Positions 9,803 through 19,207 of a stretch of DNA of 64,000 nucleotides are shown one piece after another. The position numbers were made by a program, and so were the translations under genes. The notes under the pieces were generated by a model. The model was given only the letters and a program-made list of their open reading frames with translations, ran no database searches and had not been told where the DNA came from. Each line of letters starts with the position of its first letter. The first letter of the stretch is position 1. Source of the DNA: Anaerolineae bacterium (lineage in GTDB: Bacteria > Chloroflexota > Anaerolineae > UBA1429); NCBI GenBank assembly GCA_963675785.1, contig OY776562.1:32001-96000 (forward strand), given 5' to 3'.

Positions 9803-10485
9803 ATATGGGAACCCCTTTGCAGGATAAAGAGGCCGCCGGCCGCCTAGAGAAGCTGGCTCGGCTGGCCGTAAAAGTAGACCGCTTTGCCGGATATATGATG
9901 TTGTTTGTCAGCAAGCACTGGCTGGCCTTGGTTAACGTCGTCGTCGGTCTCTATGCATTGCTGCCGTTTATGTCTCCATTGTTCTATCATTATGGCTATG
10001 ACGGTGCTGGCAACGCACTGCAAGTGATTTACCGGCCATTCTGTCACCAATTGCCAGAACGCTCCTACTTTCTCTTCGGCGATCAGCTTGTCTACAGCAG
10101 TGCGGAACTCGATGCCTTGGCTGGTTCGGAGGGGCTAGGCCGACAGTTTGTAGGCAACGAAATCATGGGGTTCAAAGTAGCCTATTGTGAGCGCGATGTG
10201 GCTATTTATACCACCATGTTCATTGCTGGCCTGATATTCGGTTTTGTGCGAAGCAAATTGCATCCTATCACGCTCAAAGTGCTCGTTGCCCTATCTATTC
10301 CAATGGCTTTGGATGGTTTTGGGCAACTATTGGGTTTTTGGGGCAGCACCTGGTTCAGCCGCAGTGTAACCGGGTTGCTCTTTGGATTGGGTGTTGTATT
10401 GTTGGTTTATCCCTATGCAGAAGAAGGCATGGCTGACGCCTACAAACAGGCTGTGCGCATGGTGAACTCGGAGCAACAGACATGA
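9799..10485 (+). CDS. DUF2085-like membrane protein
   Basis: CHQLPERS, CERD-x-AIY, PMALDG-x-x-Q. Confidence 0.75.
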   Translation: MNMGTPLQDKEAAGRLEKLARLAVKVDRFAGYMMLFVSKHWLALVNVVVGLYALLPFMSPLFYHYGYDGAGNALQVIYRPFCHQLPERSYFLFGDQLVYSSAELDALAGSEGLGRQFVGNEIMGFKVAYCERDVAIYTTMFIAGLIFGFVRSKLHPITLKVLVALSIPMALDGFGQLLGFWGSTWFSRSVTGLLFGLGVVLLVYPYAEEGMADAYKQAVRMVNSEQQT

Positions 10486-11186
10486 ATCTGGTGGATATCT
10501 GGGTATCTCTGGGGGCGGGTTTCTTGTCCTTTTTCACCCCCTGTGTGTTACCTATGGTACCGGCCTATATTCTGTATATGACGGGTACAGCTGCTGGACG
10601 CAGAGAAGATGTGTCGCGCTGGTACACCATTTTACATGCTGTGTTTTTTGCGATTGGGTTTGGCCTCATTTTTGTTCTCCTCGGAGCTGCTGCGGGTTTG
10701 TTGGGTTCGTTGGTTTCCCAAATCCTCCCCTACATTATTCGTATTGGTGGCGTGCTTCTCATTCTGTTTGGTTTGCAGATGACCGGGCTCATCGGTATCC
10801 CCCTGCTGTTCATGGAAAAACATTTAGATCCTACGCTGGGAGATCGACCTTCTTACGGACGCTCTTTTCTAGTGGGGATTATCTTTGCGGCGGGGTGGAC
10901 ACCCTGCTATGGCCCGATTCTGGCTAACATTTTGCTTCTTGCGGCGGATACGCAGACTGTGTTGCGAGGCGCTTTTTTACTGGCCATCTATTCAACCGGT
11001 GTGGGCCTTCCCTTTATTTTGGTTGCAGCTTTTTCGGAATTAGCCTTGCCGCTGTTGAAAAAGATTGGCAAACACATACGCGTCATATCAATTATTGGCG
11101 GTGTGCTGCTTATCATCATGGGCATCTTGTTCGTAACCAACCGATATACTGCAGTAACGTTTTGGTTGAATGCTCTACTAGCTTAG
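10482..11186 (+). CDS. ccdA: CcdA/DsbD-beta electron transporter
   Basis: SFFTPCVLP and GWTPC-x-GPIL. Confidence 0.92.
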   Translation: MNLVDIWVSLGAGFLSFFTPCVLPMVPAYILYMTGTAAGRREDVSRWYTILHAVFFAIGFGLIFVLLGAAAGLLGSLVSQILPYIIRIGGVLLILFGLQMTGLIGIPLLFMEKHLDPTLGDRPSYGRSFLVGIIFAAGWTPCYGPILANILLLAADTQTVLRGAFLLAIYSTGVGLPFILVAAFSELALPLLKKIGKHIRVISIIGGVLLIIMGILFVTNRYTAVTFWLNALLA

Positions 11187-11236
11187 CACGCCTTTGATTT
11201 GGCGCGTCTCTTTAATCGGCGTATACTGCAATCATT

Positions 11237-11310
11237 CGGGGCGTAGCGCAGTCCGGTAGCGCGCACGGTTCGGGTCCGTGAGGTCGGAGGTTCAAGTCCT
11301 CTCGCCCCGA
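11237..11310 (+). tRNA. tRNA-Pro(CGG), CCA not encoded
   Basis: CGGGGCGTAGCGCAGTCCGG...TTCGGGT...GGTTCAAGTCC...GCCCCGA. Confidence 0.95.
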
Positions 11311-11313
11311 CTC

Positions 11314-11349
11314 GGGGGTCGTGGATCAATTGATCCGCGGCCCCTTTTT
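11314..11349 (+). terminator. Terminator after tRNA-Pro
   Basis: GGGGTCGTGGATCA/TGATCCGCGGCCCC stem plus TTTTT. Confidence 0.8.
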
Positions 11350-11413
11350 GTGGATTCTACTTTTGAAGGCTCCTGGCTGCTGGTATAATCGGCATATTGG
11401 ATAGGAGTAGCCC

Positions 11414-12739
11414 ATGGCTGCCATCGAACTAGAAGATGTCGTCAAGTCTTTCTCTATGCGCTCTGGTGGGGCGGGCTCTTTTCAGGATATCTTTGTCGAC
11501 CTGTTTCGCGGTCGCAAATGGCGTAAAGAGCATCAGCGCGATTTTGATGCGCTAAAGGGCGTCAGTTTTGCCATTGAGTATGGTGAGATGGTTGGTGTGA
11601 TCGGTTCGAATGGTTCTGGCAAGAGCACTTGCCTCAAGCTGGTTAGCCGCATTATCGAGCCTACCTCGGGCGCCATTCGCGTCAATGGCCGTGTGGCCGC
11701 TCTGTTGGAACTGGGTGCAGGGTTTCATCCAGAACTATCGGGGCGAGAGAATGTTTTTCTATACGGCTCGGTGTTGGGCATCAAGCGTAGCGAGATGGCC
11801 AAGCGGTTCGATAGCATCGTCCAGTTTGCTGAACTGGAGCGCTTTATCGATGTCCCTGTCAAGTTCTACTCCTCTGGTATGTATATACGCCTCGCCTTTG
11901 CCACGGCCATCAATGTGGATGCTGAGATACTGTTGGTTGATGAGGTTTTGGCCGTTGGCGACCAACGCTTTCAGAACAAGTGTTTAGAGCGCATCAGCGA
12001 GCTCAAGCGGGCTGGTGTGACTATTATGTTCGTCACCCACAATCTGGCCGATGTACGTACCATGTGCGACCGCGCTATCTGGTTGGACCAAGGTCTTTTG
12101 GTAGATGACGGTCCAGCGGAGAGTGTCATCAGCGCGTATCTTGAGCATGTCTACCAGATGGAAGAGGCTGCCGATCTAGAGATTCGCGATGCACTGGCTG
12201 CCGATAGCCATCTGGGCGCTACTGCCGCCTTTGACGATGGCCTGGAAACCGAGGCGAACGACCGTCTTGCAGGCCGAGGCCGAGGACGTTGGGGTTCGGG
12301 CGAAGCTGAAATCACGGACGTGCGCTTTATGGATGCTAAAGGTGAAGATCGCCTATTGCTGACCAGCGGTGAGCCTGCTTCGATTTTGTTTCATTATCAC
12401 GCTCATGAACCCATCGCCGATCCCATGTTTGGCTTTGCCATCTATCGTAGTGATGGCACTCACATCGCCGGCCCCAATTCGGTATTTGCTGGCATGGAGA
12501 TTGCGCAAATAGAAGGGCATGGCATAGTGCGCTATGAGATGGAATCTTTGCCGCTGTTGCCTGGCACCTATTATTTGACGGTGTCACTGTGTGATCACAG
12601 CGGCGTACACACTTATGATTATCGCGATTACTGGTATCGTTTTCGCGTCATGGCTCAACAAGGGCGAGATCATTATGGTTTGGTTTACATTCCCGCCAGC
12701 TGGTCTCACGCGGTTGATAGCAGTGAGGAGCAAGCATGA
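11414..12739 (+). CDS. wzt: Polysaccharide ABC exporter ATPase with C-terminal Wzt_C domain
   Basis: GSNGSGKST, YSSGM, LLVDEVLAVGD, RWGSGEAEI linker, LLPGTYYL. Confidence 0.92.
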   Translation: MAAIELEDVVKSFSMRSGGAGSFQDIFVDLFRGRKWRKEHQRDFDALKGVSFAIEYGEMVGVIGSNGSGKSTCLKLVSRIIEPTSGAIRVNGRVAALLELGAGFHPELSGRENVFLYGSVLGIKRSEMAKRFDSIVQFAELERFIDVPVKFYSSGMYIRLAFATAINVDAEILLVDEVLAVGDQRFQNKCLERISELKRAGVTIMFVTHNLADVRTMCDRAIWLDQGLLVDDGPAESVISAYLEHVYQMEEAADLEIRDALAADSHLGATAAFDDGLETEANDRLAGRGRGRWGSGEAEITDVRFMDAKGEDRLLLTSGEPASILFHYHAHEPIADPMFGFAIYRSDGTHIAGPNSVFAGMEIAQIEGHGIVRYEMESLPLLPGTYYLTVSLCDHSGVHTYDYRDYWYRFRVMAQQGRDHYGLVYIPASWSHAVDSSEEQA

Positions 12740-13563
12740 TAAGCAGACTACGCGAGCTCTGGAGCTATCGCGAACTCGTTTGGACACTGGTCGTCCGTGA
12801 TCTCAAAGTGCGTTACAAGAACTCGATGCTGGGCTTTCTCTGGTCGTTGCTGAATCCACTGCTGTTGATGCTGGTGTTCACGGTGGTGTTTACTGTCATG
12901 CTTCCCAGCCTGGAGACGCCACGATTCCCCGTATTTGTGCTAAGCGCATTGTTGCCCTGGAACTTTTTCAGCTCTTCGGTGCTTTCGGGGGTCAACGCCA
13001 TTACGGGCAATGGCCATTTGATCAAAAAGGTCTACTTTCCGCGCGAGATCCTGGTTATTTCCAGTGTACTGGCCAATCTCGTTAACCTGCTGTTGGCCCT
13101 GCCGGTTCTCTTTGTGCTCATGGCCGTGATGGGTGTTCCTTTTACCCCCGTGCTTCTCTATCTGCCTGTGATCATGTTTGTGCAGCTCATCTTTACCATT
13201 GGTATTGTTCTTATCCTTTCGACCACAAACGTATTCTATCGCGACGTCAGTGTCATTATGGAAGTGGTTATGCAGGCCTGGTTCTTTCTGACCCCGGTCT
13301 TCTATTCGGTCGACCTGTTGCCCGAGATAGCTACCATAGGAACACTGGTGTTGCCCATTCGGCGCTTGCTTTATATCCTTAATCCAATGGCATCTATCGT
13401 CGCTTCTTATCGTTCGGTGTTGTATGGCTTTACTAACGGCAGCCCCCCTGCTGCACCAGCCTGGGACTTTTTCTCGCGTACTGCAGTCACGGCGGTGGTT
13501 GTGTTGGTAGTGGGCTATTGGTACTTTACGAAAAAGAGCCATCGCTTTGGCGAAGAGGTTTAG
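12736..13563 (+). CDS. wzm: Polysaccharide ABC exporter permease
   Basis: RDLKVRYKNS-x-LG-x-LWSLLNP, LIKKVYFPRE, TPVFY, LNP. Confidence 0.93.
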   Translation: MISRLRELWSYRELVWTLVVRDLKVRYKNSMLGFLWSLLNPLLLMLVFTVVFTVMLPSLETPRFPVFVLSALLPWNFFSSSVLSGVNAITGNGHLIKKVYFPREILVISSVLANLVNLLLALPVLFVLMAVMGVPFTPVLLYLPVIMFVQLIFTIGIVLILSTTNVFYRDVSVIMEVVMQAWFFLTPVFYSVDLLPEIATIGTLVLPIRRLLYILNPMASIVASYRSVLYGFTNGSPPAAPAWDFFSRTAVTAVVVLVVGYWYFTKKSHRFGEEV

Positions 13564-13566
13564 GCC

Positions 13567-15117
13567 GTGGTTGACGCTGCATCCCCACCTGCCCTGAGCA
13601 TCATTATTCCGACCCTGAATGCTGGGCCGGATTTTGCGCATACGCTTGAGGCGATACAGTCGCAAGATATCGACCTTCCCTTTGAGATTGTGATTATCGA
13701 TTCAGGTTCTACCGATGGGACACTTTCTCTGGCGACTGAGGCCGGCACCAGGGTCATCGAGATAGACAGCGATACTTTTCACCACGCACGCACGCGCAAT
13801 ATGGCTGCTGCGACCTGCAGCGGCCGCTATCTGGTATTCCTGGTGCAGGATGCCATCCCCGCCAACGAACACTGGCTTGCCGCTTTGGTTGAGGCCCTTG
13901 ATGCTGTGCGTGTGGTGGGTGCCTACTCGGCGCAGTTTGCCCATGATGAGGCTTCGCCACTGGCTCGGCGCTTGACCGAGACGTTTCAGGATTCTCTAGC
14001 CAACCTGCCGCCACAGCAGCTTGATGAACGAAGTTTGGGCGAACTTGGCGAGGCTGAGCGTCTGGCCTTGTGTCGCTTTGACAATGTTAGCAGTATCATG
14101 CTGCGTGATATTTGGCAGTCTCATCCTTTCCCGGAAGTCGAATACGCCGAGGATGTGGCCTGGGCAAAAAAAGTGCTCGAAGCTGGCTATGTTGTGCGAC
14201 GTGCGCCCAATTCAGTGGTGTATCATTCACATGAACGCTCGGCTAATTATGTGATGCGGCGCGAATATGTGCAGGCACGTACGCTCGGTGATATGTTGGG
14301 TTACAAAGGATTAGGTATTGAGCGCGACCAGGTTATTCAGTTGCTGCGATTTGGCAGCCTTGCATCTGGCTCGCAAAAGCTGCGACAGGCTATTGTCGCA
14401 AGTCTTTTGCCGGGAACTGGCGATACTCGGCCGGCGTTGCGTTATATTGAGAGACTTTTCATGTCGGACGCTCCTCAGCGTTTGTTGGGGGCAGATTCGC
14501 CTATTCCTCTGGAGACACAACAGTGGTTGGCCCATGAGGCCACCGAGGATTGGATATGGCGCGATTTGCGGTTGCGTTTAGCCGATGGTTCAGGTTCGCG
14601 CTTGTTGCGCTGTACTCAAAAGGCAGCCAGAGTGTGGCATGAAAAAGGTTCAAGTGCTGCATTTGATGCCCTGTTTGGCGAATCGTGGTTATTTGAGAGG
14701 GCTTCGTACCGTGATATGCGTCTACTGATTGGCGCTTGGGTGCGCCGCCGCTCTATCTCTGCTCATCTACTGCAAGATATCATTGACGGCCGTAACGTGG
14801 TTTCTGTATCTGGTGGCATTCGTTCTGCTTTTTTGAGGCGAATTGTTTGGCACTGGCTCAATGAATACCCTCAAGTTCTCAAAGGTGCTATGGTCGATGT
14901 GAGCACACAAGCGATGCCCTTGGCCGTCTATGAGAGCTGGCGCATGGCCTATTGGCTATGGGATGGTCTTGAACTCCATGATACGGCAATAGCTGAAGAA
15001 GTGGTCAATCATGCAGTGGCTGCTACAGCTGGTCGGTTGTTGGGCGAGGCCGCGCGTAAGGGTGGTGATCCTTTGGTGCGCCAGGTGCTAGACGAACAAT
15101 TGGCAAGGGGCGTTTGA
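13567..15117 (+). CDS. GT2 (RfbN/rhamnosyltransferase-like) with an unassigned C-terminal half
   Basis: IDSGSTDGT, FHHARTRN, LVQDA, AEDVAW, VYHSH. Confidence 0.8.
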   Translation: MVDAASPPALSIIIPTLNAGPDFAHTLEAIQSQDIDLPFEIVIIDSGSTDGTLSLATEAGTRVIEIDSDTFHHARTRNMAAATCSGRYLVFLVQDAIPANEHWLAALVEALDAVRVVGAYSAQFAHDEASPLARRLTETFQDSLANLPPQQLDERSLGELGEAERLALCRFDNVSSIMLRDIWQSHPFPEVEYAEDVAWAKKVLEAGYVVRRAPNSVVYHSHERSANYVMRREYVQARTLGDMLGYKGLGIERDQVIQLLRFGSLASGSQKLRQAIVASLLPGTGDTRPALRYIERLFMSDAPQRLLGADSPIPLETQQWLAHEATEDWIWRDLRLRLADGSGSRLLRCTQKAARVWHEKGSSAAFDALFGESWLFERASYRDMRLLIGAWVRRRSISAHLLQDIIDGRNVVSVSGGIRSAFLRRIVWHWLNEYPQVLKGAMVDVSTQAMPLAVYESWRMAYWLWDGLELHDTAIAEEVVNHAVAATAGRLLGEAARKGGDPLVRQVLDEQLARGV

Positions 15118-16517
15118 TGAACGAGAGACAAGCCTGCACTAGTACGATCTCGGTGATTATGCTGAATCACAACGGGATGCGGCTGCAGGGTACCATCCAG
15201 CGCTGTGTTCTCTCGTTGCGCCAGCAATCGGCAGAGGCTGAGATTGTGCTGGTTGACGATAGTTCGACCGATGATAGCCCCGCGCTGCTTCAGTCCCTTG
15301 CCCAAGAGTATAATGCTCTGTATGTTTCTACCCTGGGCGGTGGCACAGGGGTGGGTGCCGCTCGCAACGCCGGTATTCACGCCGCCTCTGGCGATCTGTT
15401 GGCTTTTATAGATAACGACGCTGTGCCTTGCGCGGGTTGGCTTGAGGCCGTTCAGGCTTGCATGATTCAGCATCCGCAGGCCGGAGCTTGTGCTTCCAAG
15501 GTGCTCTTTATGGATCGCCCCGAGATGGTGAACTCGATGGGTTCACTCCTCAATCTACAATTTCAGGGTACCAACGCTGGTCTCAATCAGATGGAGGCTT
15601 TTTGTGCCGAACCGGCCGAGGTGATGTATCCCACGGGATGCGGCATGGTGCTGAGGAGGGCGGCTCTCGATGAGGTTGGGCTCTTTGACGAGGGCTTTAT
15701 AAACTGGGGCGCCGATGACGCCGATATGGGCCTGCGTCTGCGCCGTGCCGGCTGGGATATCGTGTTGGCCTCAGAAGCGCGTATCCATCATATTCACAAT
15801 GCTAGCCACGTACGCTTTTGGGATACACGAAATCGCATCCGTATGGCGCTAAAGTACTTGTATTGGCTGGAACTGCCCTGGTTCATGCTGCGTGATCTGC
15901 GCTATAACGTCTCGCTGCACACGCTGTTTGAGCACATTCGCGCCTGGTTCTCTTGCATCTTCCGTTTCAAGGGATTGGGTGGATTGCTCTCTTATCGTTG
16001 GGCCAACAGAAAGCGGGGCTTGTTTCGCCGTGAGTTTGCGCGATTCTTGTTCTCGGGGCAACGTCTTTCCATGGTACCGGACAACCGCTCTTTTGGTGCG
16101 AACACTGCTCCCCTGACAACTTTTGCTGTGGGTCAGGGCGAGGAGAACCTCCTGTACCACGGTTGGTATTGGGTCGAAAAATACCTCGGCCGCCAGACGC
16201 GCTTTGCTATCGAGGATGCTTCACTGCGTGGTAGCCTGCGCGAGCCAGTGGAAGGCCTGGCCTTTGAGCTGGTCTCTCCGCGCAACGCTGCTCAACAGCA
16301 GATGACGGTGCTGATTCGCCATGTGGGGCAAGAGGGCTTCTGTATTCGTGAGACCTTTGTTGTTGACCCTCTGCCGCGCTGGTACCATGTATCTGGCCAT
16401 CTTGAACTGGGCGATTACGAGATTATTCTCAAGAGCGCGGTAGCAGTATATGGCCACGAGCCCTTCCCGCGGCGCTATGGCGTGGGCCTGCTGGGTTTGC
16501 GGCTTGGAAGCGAATAG
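15114..16517 (+). CDS. GT2 glycosyltransferase with a C-terminal beta-rich domain
   Basis: VDDSSTD, AARNAG, FIDND, VGLFDEGF, DADMGLRL; C-terminal GWYWVE. Confidence 0.85.
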   Translation: MMNERQACTSTISVIMLNHNGMRLQGTIQRCVLSLRQQSAEAEIVLVDDSSTDDSPALLQSLAQEYNALYVSTLGGGTGVGAARNAGIHAASGDLLAFIDNDAVPCAGWLEAVQACMIQHPQAGACASKVLFMDRPEMVNSMGSLLNLQFQGTNAGLNQMEAFCAEPAEVMYPTGCGMVLRRAALDEVGLFDEGFINWGADDADMGLRLRRAGWDIVLASEARIHHIHNASHVRFWDTRNRIRMALKYLYWLELPWFMLRDLRYNVSLHTLFEHIRAWFSCIFRFKGLGGLLSYRWANRKRGLFRREFARFLFSGQRLSMVPDNRSFGANTAPLTTFAVGQGEENLLYHGWYWVEKYLGRQTRFAIEDASLRGSLREPVEGLAFELVSPRNAAQQQMTVLIRHVGQEGFCIRETFVVDPLPRWYHVSGHLELGDYEIILKSAVAVYGHEPFPRRYGVGLLGLRLGSE

Positions 16518-16521
16518 CACC

Positions 16522-17877
16522 ATGCGAATACTCTATGTGCTGCATTGCTACATGCCCGATTCTACGGGCGGCACCGAGGTACATGTCAACCTGCTGGCCA
16601 GAGCCTTGAGTGCACAGCACGATGTGGCCATTTGCTACCGCGTTGCCCGGCCCGGCAAGGCCGAATTCAGCATTGAGCGTGGCGCTTATGAGGGCGTGCC
16701 TACCTATGGCATTGTCAACAATTACAGCTGGAGCAGCGGGCCAGAGGGCGCTTATCGCTGTTTGGCGATAGAGCCGGCCTTTGAGCAAGTGTTGGATGAA
16801 TTTCAGCCCGATCTGGTGCATTTTCATCATCTGGGTGAGCTTTCTACTACGCTGCCGGCTGTTGTCCGGGCCCGCGGTGTCCCTGCGGTGCTCACTCTGC
16901 ATGATTTTTGGCCCATGTGCTATCGTTCTTATCTGATGACGCCATGGAACGCGCTGTGCCTCGGCCCCGATGGCGGGCAGCGCTGCGGCCCCTGTTGGGC
17001 GCACGATCATGTCAGTGCTGGGCCGCTGCTTTCGGGCGGTAGGCTGGCTCGGATGAAGGCTTGGGGGGTGCGCGGCACGCTACGACGTATCGGAGGCGTG
17101 TTACACAAGCAAGCCTCGGGCGTCTCGCAAGACCATTTGCTAGAGCGGGACGCTCATTTCCGCCAGGTGCTGCAGCAGTTCGATGCCCTGTGGGCGCCCT
17201 CGCGCTTTTTGCGCGACCGCATTGCTCGCTGGGCCGATATGCCCGACGGCATTGATTACATTCCTAACGGTATCAACCCCGACAACCTCGCTGACTATGA
17301 CCCTCTTCTGCCCAATGAACCGCGGCTGCAGATTGGCTTTGTGGGCACCGTGTCGCGCCACAAAGGCGTCGAGGTGTTGGTTGAGGCCATGAATCTACTG
17401 GCAGGCGAACCGGTCGATTGCCGTATTTACGGCGCGCCGCTTTATGATGATGGCTTGGCGTATATGAATGGATTAGAACAGAGCCTGACGAATCCATCCG
17501 TGTGCTTTGAGGGGCGTGTGCCCAATGCCGAGATTGGCGACGTACTTTCGGGGCTGGACGTCCTCGTTGTGCCTTCGGTGTGGTGGGAAAACTGCCCTAT
17601 GACGATTCTAGAGGCTCAGTACGCCCGTCGGCCTGTCATTGCTACCAACATTGGCGGCATGGCCGAGCTGGTGCACGATGGCAAGAATGGCCTCACCTTT
17701 GCCCCTGGCGATGCTGAGGCGTTGGCCGAGGCCATCAAGCGCTTGGCTCACGACCGTGAACTGCTGCATCGCTTGCAGCAGGGCATTACGCCGCCGCCGG
17801 CCATGGCGGATGTGGCCGCCGAGATACTGACGCGTTATGAGACGCTTTTAGCACAGCACGGTGAGAGGCGTATCTGA
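16522..17877 (+). CDS. GT4 (ExpE7-like) glycosyltransferase
   Basis: GGTE, TLHDFW, VPSVWWENCP-x-x-x-LEA, GGMAE. Confidence 0.9.
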   Translation: MRILYVLHCYMPDSTGGTEVHVNLLARALSAQHDVAICYRVARPGKAEFSIERGAYEGVPTYGIVNNYSWSSGPEGAYRCLAIEPAFEQVLDEFQPDLVHFHHLGELSTTLPAVVRARGVPAVLTLHDFWPMCYRSYLMTPWNALCLGPDGGQRCGPCWAHDHVSAGPLLSGGRLARMKAWGVRGTLRRIGGVLHKQASGVSQDHLLERDAHFRQVLQQFDALWAPSRFLRDRIARWADMPDGIDYIPNGINPDNLADYDPLLPNEPRLQIGFVGTVSRHKGVEVLVEAMNLLAGEPVDCRIYGAPLYDDGLAYMNGLEQSLTNPSVCFEGRVPNAEIGDVLSGLDVLVVPSVWWENCPMTILEAQYARRPVIATNIGGMAELVHDGKNGLTFAPGDAEALAEAIKRLAHDRELLHRLQQGITPPPAMADVAAEILTRYETLLAQHGERRI

Positions 17878-19205
17878 TGCACATCATACTGGTGGTGCAT
17901 CAATTTGGTGAGGGACGTATTGGCGGCACCGAGCGCTACACATTGAACTTGGCTCGCGGCTTGGTTGAGTATGGGCAGCGTGTGACGGTGCTGACCTTTG
18001 CCGAGGATGACAGTGCCCAGGCGCATTTGGTCGCTTCAGAGATCGAGGGATTCCCCACTCTTACAGTAGCGGCGAGCCTGCTCCATCTTGATGACCCTGT
18101 TCGCGCCAGCTATGCGGGTGATCTCTTCAAGGATGTGTTGGTGCATGTGTTGGACGAGGCCCAACCGGATATCGTACACATCACGCATCCGGGCAACTTG
18201 GGATTGGGCGTGATTGATCTTTGCCACGAGCAGCATATCCCAGTGATGGCCACCCTCACTGATTACTGGGCCATTTGCCCGACCAGCCAGCTCATGAGGG
18301 TTGACGGCGACGTGTGCCCCGGGCCGGTGGATATCGGCCAGTGCGCCCGCTGCATCACCAACATGGGGCCTCGCGGAACGCAGCTGCGCGGCCTGGTGGG
18401 GCGTCTACCTGCGTGGGGCTGGCGCTTTATGCTATGGTTATCTCATAATGGAGTTTTGGCTGGGCGAGGCCCTCTGCGTTGGCTATCTTCCTTGCGGGAA
18501 CGCCAGGACTATATTTGTGGACAGCTCGACAAGGCAGGAGTGGTGTTTTGCCCGGGGGCTTTTCAGCGTGAGATGCTGGTAGCAAACGGTCTGAATGCTC
18601 AGCAGTTAGTTCATGCCCCCCACGGTATCGTCGATCCTGAGGGGATCATGCGAGAGCGAACCGCCTCTGAAACGCTACGCTGTGCTTACATTGGGCCTCT
18701 GGCTGAACACAAGGGCGCTATGCTGCCTCTTTTGGCCTTGGCGCAGCTAGCCCCTCGCACTGATATCAGACTGGATTATTGGGGCAGTATTGCCAGAACG
18801 CCCTATGCTCAGGATGTGCAGCGCGCTATAGCTGCCGATGACCGTGTGCAGCATCGCGGTTCCTTCAAGTATGCGCAAATCGGCGATGTACTGGCTGGTG
18901 TGGATGTCTTGATCATGCCCTCAATATGGTACGAGAACACGCCCACCATCTTATACGAGGCTTTTGCGGCCGGTGTGCCGGTGATTACCTCGGATTTGGG
19001 TGGTATGCGTGAACTGGTGCAAGCCTATGCCGGTGGCTGGCTATTTCCGGCGGGTGATGTCTCGGCTTTGGCCCGACGCATGGCACAGCTTGCCGATGAT
19101 CCTGATGCTGTGGCGCATATGTCTATGGGTATGCGCCCAGTGCCCGATTTTGCATCTCACCTTCAACTCGTTCTGGAAGCCTATCACACTGTAACCGGGA
19201 GATAA
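17877..19205 (+). CDS. GT4 (ExpE7-like) glycosyltransferase
   Basis: GGTE, TLTDYW, PSIWYENTP-x-x-x-YEA. Confidence 0.9.
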   Translation: MHIILVVHQFGEGRIGGTERYTLNLARGLVEYGQRVTVLTFAEDDSAQAHLVASEIEGFPTLTVAASLLHLDDPVRASYAGDLFKDVLVHVLDEAQPDIVHITHPGNLGLGVIDLCHEQHIPVMATLTDYWAICPTSQLMRVDGDVCPGPVDIGQCARCITNMGPRGTQLRGLVGRLPAWGWRFMLWLSHNGVLAGRGPLRWLSSLRERQDYICGQLDKAGVVFCPGAFQREMLVANGLNAQQLVHAPHGIVDPEGIMRERTASETLRCAYIGPLAEHKGAMLPLLALAQLAPRTDIRLDYWGSIARTPYAQDVQRAIAADDRVQHRGSFKYAQIGDVLAGVDVLIMPSIWYENTPTILYEAFAAGVPVITSDLGGMRELVQAYAGGWLFPAGDVSALARRMAQLADDPDAVAHMSMGMRPVPDFASHLQLVLEAYHTVTGR

Positions 19206-19207
19206 TC

